Source of the DNA: Candidatus Thorarchaeota archaeon
Lineage (GTDB): Archaea; Asgardarchaeota; Heimdallarchaeia; Hodarchaeales; Hodarchaeaceae
Assembly (NCBI GenBank): GCA_048882505.1
Contig: JBHLRO010000016.1
Coordinates: forward strand, 60,001-92,000
DNA length: 32,000 nt
Direction of reading: 5' to 3'
Part shown: positions 25,132-32,000 of the stretch, piece by piece
How positions within the stretch are numbered: the first letter of the stretch is position 1
Layout: every line of letters begins with the position of its first letter
Notes under the pieces: model-generated
What the model was told of the DNA's origin: nothing
Databases searched by the model: none
The model's input: only the letters and a program-made list of their open reading frames with translations
Made by a program: the position numbers and the translations under genes

Positions 25132-25359
25132 ATGTTCGACACGGTTCTTTGGCAGTTTATAACGACCCTATATCATCTTATATTATCTGTTCCATTCGGT
25201 GCCTTCCTCATTGTGATTGGTGCAATCATTTATGTTCCAACTGGGCACCGCTTAGGAAGATATTTTATTATCGTTGGACTTTTAATTTTCACCATCCAAA
25301 GCGGTATCATCTCAAGCGATCCGCTATGGAAGGAAGGCATCGTCTTACGATTTTTTTGA
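25132..25359 (+). CDS. Small 2-TM membrane protein (VirB2/CedA1-pilin-like)
   Basis: Helix, TM1 (ILSVPFGAFLIVIGAIIYV), basic loop (PTGHRLGR), TM2 (YFIIVGLLIFTI); 13 nt after the previous gene. Confidence 0.7.
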   Translation: MFDTVLWQFITTLYHLILSVPFGAFLIVIGAIIYVPTGHRLGRYFIIVGLLIFTIQSGIISSDPLWKEGIVLRFF

Positions 25360-25450
25360 GTAAAACAGTGAAAAATACATAAAGAAATCGTAGGTTTGCA
25401 TTATCTAAGTATTCTTCGTGATTCTTGTCGTTGCCTCGCCCTAAGTTTTC

Positions 25451-25457
25451 TTTATAA
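25451..25457 (+). promoter_or_regulatory. Putative TATA box of rpoA1
   Basis: TTTATAA about 25 nt before ATG 25482 and 55 nt before ATG 25512. Confidence 0.5.
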
Positions 25458-25481
25458 GCTGGCAATCCCGTTAACCTAATT

Positions 25482-28199
25482 ATGTGGAAATTGGCACTGG
25501 GAGAAAACATAATGTGGACACCAGAACTTAAGAAAATAAGCCAAATACAATTTGGAATCCTTTCACCTGATGAAATTCGAAAGATGGCTGTCACCAAAAT
25601 TATCACAGCCGACACATATAACGAGGATGGGACTCCCATTGAGGGAGGTCTCATAGACCGCCGTTTGGGGACAATTGAACCAGGTCAACGCTGCAAAACT
25701 TGTGGAAACCAGGTGGGAGATTGTCCGGGGCATTTCGGGATGATTGAGCTGGCTAGACCAGTTGTTCACGTTGGATATGCCAAAGCCATCATCTATAAGT
25801 TGTTACGATCCACCTGTAGAGCCTGCTCTCGTATTCTTTTAGATACTCATGCAATGAAGAAATACCAAAAACTACTCGATAAGGCTGCCGAAGAAGAAGA
25901 TCTGAAATCGTCCCAAGAAATCTACAAGGAAGTAGTTAAGGAAGCGCGTAAGAAAGGAGAATGCCCTCATTGCGAGAATCCACTTTTTAAGATCAAATAC
26001 GAAAAACCCACGAGTTTTTATGAAGAAACACCAGAGGGATCAGTTCGTATCACCCCCTCTGAAATCCAAAAGCGGTTTGAAGGGATTCCTACCCAGGATC
26101 TGGTGCTCCTTGGAATTGACCCGAACTATTCGCGTCCTGAATGGATGATCCTAACCGTTTTACCTGTTCCTCCTGTTTCTGTTCGGGCCTCTATTACGTT
26201 AGAATCAGGCGTACGAAGTGAAGATGATTTAACTCACAAACTCGTTGATATAATCCGCATTAACCAAAGATTACGGGAAAATGTTGAAGCTGGAGCACCA
26301 CAACTCATTGTGGAGGACTTATGGGAGTTATTACAATACCACGTTACTACTTTCATGGACAATGAGGTTGCAGGAATCCCTCCAGCACGACATCGTTCTG
26401 GACGGGCATTACGTACACTTACTCAACGATTACGAGGGAAAGAAGGACGGTTCCGAGGAAACCTCTCTGGAAAACGTGTTGATTTTTCAGCACGTACAGT
26501 GGTTTCCCCTGATCCTAATATCTCTATCAACGAAGTAGGTGTTCCTGAGCAAATAGCAAAAATTCTAACTGTTCCTGAACGCGTCACAGAGTGGAATATA
26601 GAAGAAATGAAAGAACTGGTGATGAATGGGCCAAATCCAGACAAAGAAGATAAAACAGGCGTGTCGAAAACCGGTTCAAACTATATAATACGCCCCGATG
26701 GCAAGCGAATCGACCTTCGTTTTGTCGGTGATTTGAATAACACCGCAGAGATGATTGATCAAGGTTTCATTGTAGAGCGTCATCTTAGGGATGGGGATAT
26801 GGTTCTCTTCAATCGTCAACCATCGCTCCATCGTATGTCTATTATGGCCCACGAAGTTCGTGTGATGCCCTACAAGACCTTTAGATTACATTTATGTGTC
26901 TGTACTCCCTACAATGCGGATTTTGACGGTGACGAGATGAATCTGCACGTCCCCCAGAGCGAGGAAGCGCGGGCTGAAACCCGAGTTTTGATGCGCGTAC
27001 AGGAACAGATTCTATCTCCTCGTTATGGTGGCCCTATTATTGGGGCATTGCATGATTATGTATCTGCCGCGTTCTTGTTAACTCGAAAGAAAACATTAAT
27101 CTCGAAAGAAGATGTTTGGCAATTGCTCCTCGCTGGAAACTACGAGGGGGAGCTCCCACCACCAGCAATCACTCATCCAACAGAATTGTGGACTGGCAAA
27201 CAGGTTTTTAGCCTCTTGTTGCCACCTGACGTCAATGTAACCACCAAATCCCGTACATGCCGAAAAAACGATGTGTGCAAGGGGGAACTGTGTGAAAATG
27301 ATAGTTACGTTTACATCCGTGGAGGACAGCTACTTTCTGGAGTTATAGACAGACGTGCAATTGGCGCTGATGAATCTGAAAGTGTTCTACATGTTGTAGT
27401 CAAAGATCATGGCAGCGATAGGGCCAGAGATTTCTTGGATTCTTTAACTCAAATGCTTTTAGAATTCCTCTCGCACGAAGGATTCAGCTTGGGATATTCA
27501 AATGTTAACATGCCCGAAGAGGGGAAAAAACGGATCAAGACCTTGATTGAAAATAATGAAAAACGGGCAAGCGAAATGATAGAATCTTATAGAAGGGGAG
27601 AACTGGAACCGCTACCTGGAAAATCCCCAGAAGAGACCCTTGAAATGAGGATTATGAGTGTGTTGGCAACAGCAAGAGATAGTGCAGGCAACGTTGCAAA
27701 CGATTATATGGGCATTTCAAATTCAGCGGTCGTTATGGCGTCAACAGGTGCAAAGGGAACAACTCTCAACATTGCTCAGATGGCTGCGTGTGTTGGGCAA
27801 CAATCTATTCGCGGAGAGCGAATTTTGCGCGGATATCGTCAGCGTTCTCTGCCACATTTTCAAAAAAATGATATAGGTCCAGTTGCCAGAGGTTTTGTAA
27901 GATCTAATTATCGAATAGGATTATCACCAACTGAATTCTTTTTCCATGCTCAGGGTGGCCGGGAAGGTCTTGTAGATACTGCGGTACGCACCTCTACAAG
28001 TGGGTATCTTCAACGAAGGTTGGTAAATGCACTCCAAGATCTTCATGTGAATTACGATATCATTGTTCGCACAACAGAGGGAGATGTGGTTCAATTACGC
28101 TATGGAGAGGATGGAGTTGACCCGATGAAGTCGTACCATGGCAGACCAGTCGATATCGAAGCCATTATAGAGGAAGTCATTTCCTCAGAAGAGAATTAA
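25482..28199 (+). CDS. rpoA1: DNA-directed RNA polymerase subunit A' (Rpo1N); alternative start 25512
   Basis: FGILSPDEIR, C-x2-C-x6-CPGHFG zinc site, GKEGRFRGNLSGKRVDFSARTV, catalytic NADFDGD, GREGLVDTAVRT. Confidence 0.99.
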   Translation: MWKLALGENIMWTPELKKISQIQFGILSPDEIRKMAVTKIITADTYNEDGTPIEGGLIDRRLGTIEPGQRCKTCGNQVGDCPGHFGMIELARPVVHVGYAKAIIYKLLRSTCRACSRILLDTHAMKKYQKLLDKAAEEEDLKSSQEIYKEVVKEARKKGECPHCENPLFKIKYEKPTSFYEETPEGSVRITPSEIQKRFEGIPTQDLVLLGIDPNYSRPEWMILTVLPVPPVSVRASITLESGVRSEDDLTHKLVDIIRINQRLRENVEAGAPQLIVEDLWELLQYHVTTFMDNEVAGIPPARHRSGRALRTLTQRLRGKEGRFRGNLSGKRVDFSARTVVSPDPNISINEVGVPEQIAKILTVPERVTEWNIEEMKELVMNGPNPDKEDKTGVSKTGSNYIIRPDGKRIDLRFVGDLNNTAEMIDQGFIVERHLRDGDMVLFNRQPSLHRMSIMAHEVRVMPYKTFRLHLCVCTPYNADFDGDEMNLHVPQSEEARAETRVLMRVQEQILSPRYGGPIIGALHDYVSAAFLLTRKKTLISKEDVWQLLLAGNYEGELPPPAITHPTELWTGKQVFSLLLPPDVNVTTKSRTCRKNDVCKGELCENDSYVYIRGGQLLSGVIDRRAIGADESESVLHVVVKDHGSDRARDFLDSLTQMLLEFLSHEGFSLGYSNVNMPEEGKKRIKTLIENNEKRASEMIESYRRGELEPLPGKSPEETLEMRIMSVLATARDSAGNVANDYMGISNSAVVMASTGAKGTTLNIAQMAACVGQQSIRGERILRGYRQRSLPHFQKNDIGPVARGFVRSNYRIGLSPTEFFFHAQGGREGLVDTAVRTSTSGYLQRRLVNALQDLHVNYDIIVRTTEGDVVQLRYGEDGVDPMKSYHGRPVDIEAIIEEVISSEEN

Positions 28200-29719
<1,520 letters not shown>

Positions 29720-29733
29720 GGGGAAGGCGTCGG

Positions 29734-30174
29734 TTGTCAAATATACGCATGTCTCAAGAAGAACTGCGGTTCATTTCCATGCTTGAAGGATTGACTGGAG
29801 CCTTAGCTTTGGACTGTATCTGGGACAAAACAGAGAGTCGTGTGATTTTTGTTGTGAGACGGCATGATACAGGCAAAGTTATTGGCCGTGGGGGAACCAC
29901 TATCCGTCGGTTACGAGAACATTTCCAGAAACAGGTGGATGTTGTTGAATATTCTGAACAGCTCGAAAAATTTGCTTCAAACACCCTTGCCCCTGCAAAA
30001 ACGCAGAATGTTGAATTACATGAAAAGTCGGGTAAGAAAACAGTTGTAATTACCGTAATACCTCAGGAAAAAGGAAAAGCTATTGGTAAAAACGGAAGAA
30101 ATATTCAAAAGTCTCGTTTGTTACTTAAACGCCATTTTGGTGTTAATAATGTTATAATCCAAACACCTACGTAG
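29734..30174 (+). CDS. nusA: Archaeal NusA-like KH-domain transcription factor
   Basis: Two KH motifs (GKVIGRGG; GKAIGKNGRNI), VDVVEYS; canonical position after L30e. Confidence 0.96.
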   Translation: MSNIRMSQEELRFISMLEGLTGALALDCIWDKTESRVIFVVRRHDTGKVIGRGGTTIRRLREHFQKQVDVVEYSEQLEKFASNTLAPAKTQNVELHEKSGKKTVVITVIPQEKGKAIGKNGRNIQKSRLLLKRHFGVNNVIIQTPT

Positions 30175-30265
30175 CACATTCTGCCAATAATTACCCCATC
30201 CCTATATTATTATACCCTCTGCAAAACAAGCTCTTGGAGTTACCAACGATTGATCGGATAGTTCT

Positions 30266-30277
30266 AAAACCTTTAAT
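30266..30277 (+). promoter_or_regulatory. Putative BRE-TATA promoter of rps12
   Basis: AAAACCTTTAAT 40 nt upstream of the S12 ATG. Confidence 0.5.
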
Positions 30278-30316
30278 TCCGACCTTTCGGCTGGTATTTG
30301 AATTTAGTGGTTAAAG

Positions 30317-30760
30317 ATGACTGGTTTAAAATCACCACGTGGAGAGTTTGCGGCACATAAACTAGTTAGGAAGCGCAAAAAATTCCAGTGGAAAAGCACG
30401 ACGTACAAACGTAAGGTTCTTCGCCTTAAAGAGAAGTTTGATCCTTTAGAAGGTGCCCCTCAAGCTCGAGGAATCGTGATAGAGAAGGTTGGGATTGAAT
30501 CCAAACAACCAAATTCCGCGATTCGAAAGTGTGTTCGTGTACAGTTAATCAAAAACGGTAAACAAGTTACTGCTTTTGTTCCTGGTGACGGAGGGCTATT
30601 GTTTATTGATGAACACGATGAAATAACCATTGAAGGGATTGGCGGTGCTAAAGGAAGAGCTATTGGAGATTTACCTGGCGTAAGATACAAGGTCATCCTT
30701 GTAAATGGGGTCAGTCTCGAAGCCATGCTTTCGGGCAAACGTGAGAAAGCCATGCGTTGA
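30317..30760 (+). CDS. rps12: 30S ribosomal protein uS12
   Basis: [47 protein letters not shown]. Confidence 0.99.
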   Translation: MTGLKSPRGEFAAHKLVRKRKKFQWKSTTYKRKVLRLKEKFDPLEGAPQARGIVIEKVGIESKQPNSAIRKCVRVQLIKNGKQVTAFVPGDGGLLFIDEHDEITIEGIGGAKGRAIGDLPGVRYKVILVNGVSLEAMLSGKREKAMR

Positions 30761-30889
30761 CTTCGAAGATACCGAAAAGGTCAGGGAATATTCCAAAGTC
30801 CTTTCCAGCTTTATTCCAAGTGTCTTGATGAAACTTCATGGTTATATGAAGAGCCCACGGAGACGAATTTATGGTGAATTTTTCCCTTT

Positions 30890-32000
30890 CTACCTTTCTA
30901 GAGGATTAAACCATAATTCTCGATATTTCTCGCGCAATCGTGCGTAAAATGGGGTGTTCTTGAGAGAATTGAGAACATGGGATCGTTGAACCTCAAAGGT
31001 AAAATTATTGGTTTGGAGTAATGTTACCTTACCGTTAACTGAAAGAATACAACGTTGTCCAGTTGGCTCGATTTTTAGAAGGCTTCGAAGTTGTTCATAA
31101 TCGGTTTTGCTCAAACCTAGAAGGTTAGAGATGGCGTAAGAATCATAATTGGTAAAAAAAATGACCAAAATACCTGTATTGGTTAGGATTGCCTGATCTA
31201 TAATAGGGTCGGTACCCACGAATATCATCGATACATCATAAGCGCGCAGGGTCCATGGCCCACGACCAATCATGGAAGTTGGAGGTAGAGATCGATGATT
31301 ATTAGTAGGAATGAGTTTCTGGGCCTCATCTAGGACAATCACGTTTTTTGGGAGGGAATCTTCTTTGTAAGGTAACCGAGAAGTTCTGATAAAATAATAA
31401 AGGAATTGAAAAACCACTTCAAGAAAGATTTGCCTACCTAATTGATCCTCCATTGCCTCAAAGCCTGAAAGATCAATGATAGAATTCTTTTCCAATAGAT
31501 CCCCGAGCTCAAAGGTTGTTTCACGAACTGTGAAACAACGTCCTGTGTTACCAAAGAAGAGTTTTTCAACACGGTTGATTATACCTGCCGATGTGTTCTC
31601 CAGATACGCCCCTTGAATACCTAGATCCTTAGGTGATTGAACCAATGAAACAAAGTGGTTGAAATCTCCACGATGTTTTACTGTTTCAATCACAGCCTGG
31701 TGCAGTACTCGACGCATCTGTGGCGAAACATTGTCACTATTTGCAAAAATATGTTCTAGAATGGAAACAACGAAAAGGATATGATCTTCCATAGGAATAA
31801 GGTCATCTCCTCTATTATCTTTCGGGATCTGAAAGATGTTTATTCCCCAGGGAAAAGTAGTAGATCCTGGTTTTATATAAATGAAATCCTCACAGAAAGA
31901 TTTAACAGGCTGAATATATTCTCCTTTTGGGTCAAAAATGAGAAATTTGACCTTCTGACGGTAAAATTCCTTTATCACCCCATATATGAAGCGGCTTTTT
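30890..32000 (-). CDS. HerA/VirB4-like (DUF87-type) ATPase, 5' end beyond the window
   Basis: The frame stays open to the window edge and reads ...KSRFIYGVIKEF, i.e. the end of Walker A. Then IFDPKGEY, INIF, Walker B IVLDEAQ and LRAYDV.MIF. Confidence 0.85.
   Translation of the reverse strand, partial: KSRFIYGVIKEFYRQKVKFLIFDPKGEYIQPVKSFCEDFIYIKPGSTTFPWGINIFQIPKDNRGDDLIPMEDHILFVVSILEHIFANSDNVSPQMRRVLHQAVIETVKHRGDFNHFVSLVQSPKDLGIQGAYLENTSAGIINRVEKLFFGNTGRCFTVRETTFELGDLLEKNSIIDLSGFEAMEDQLGRQIFLEVVFQFLYYFIRTSRLPYKEDSLPKNVIVLDEAQKLIPTNNHRSLPPTSMIGRGPWTLRAYDVSMIFVGTDPIIDQAILTNTGILVIFFTNYDSYAISNLLGLSKTDYEQLRSLLKIEPTGQRCILSVNGKVTLLQTNNFTFEVQRSHVLNSLKNTPFYARLREKYRELWFNPLER

Noticed and set aside
15657-25359. 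Envelope locus as an integrated mobile element
   Set aside because: No integrase, relaxase, transposase, terminal repeat or duplicated tRNA 3' end was found in the window; only a weak tRNA-like remnant at one border.
30705-30947. 80-aa ORF after S12 as a possible uS7
   Set aside because: No uS7 motifs, and it overlaps both S12 and the convergent ATPase.

Overview
Archaeal chromosomal window. An Asgard (Heimdallarchaeia-like) origin is my inference from gene content and cannot be proven from this sequence. It holds fragments of several core information-processing clusters: mbf1/pan; rpoL with an RNase III-like gene; a C5 methyltransferase with a COG4080 SPOUT-like gene; DUF655-ksgA; rpoD-L18e-L13-S9; and rpoA1-rpoA2-L30e-nusA-S12. 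There are two tandem EF-1alpha-family GTPases and a divergent TFB paralog. Three tRNA genes are present and all carry introns at non-canonical positions: Ser-GCT in the variable arm, Arg-GCG in the D-loop plus 37/38, and Ile-GAT in the D-loop. A ~10 kb envelope locus (15.6-25.4 kb) sits between the S9/tRNA-Ile and rpoA1 clusters. It encodes a TadA/VirB11-type ATPase, a T2SS-F/TadBC-like membrane platform, small hairpin membrane proteins resembling VirB2/CedA1 pilins, a 1191-aa membrane-anchored surface protein and orphans. A VirB4/HerA-like ATPase runs off the right edge. Together these are the best candidate for an undescribed hybrid pilus/secretion or DNA-transfer system. Features missed by the ORF track include a decayed SnoaL/NTF2-like pseudogene, a 5'-edge partial CDS and a tRNA-Leu-like 5' remnant. 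No CRISPR array, rRNA or IS element was seen.
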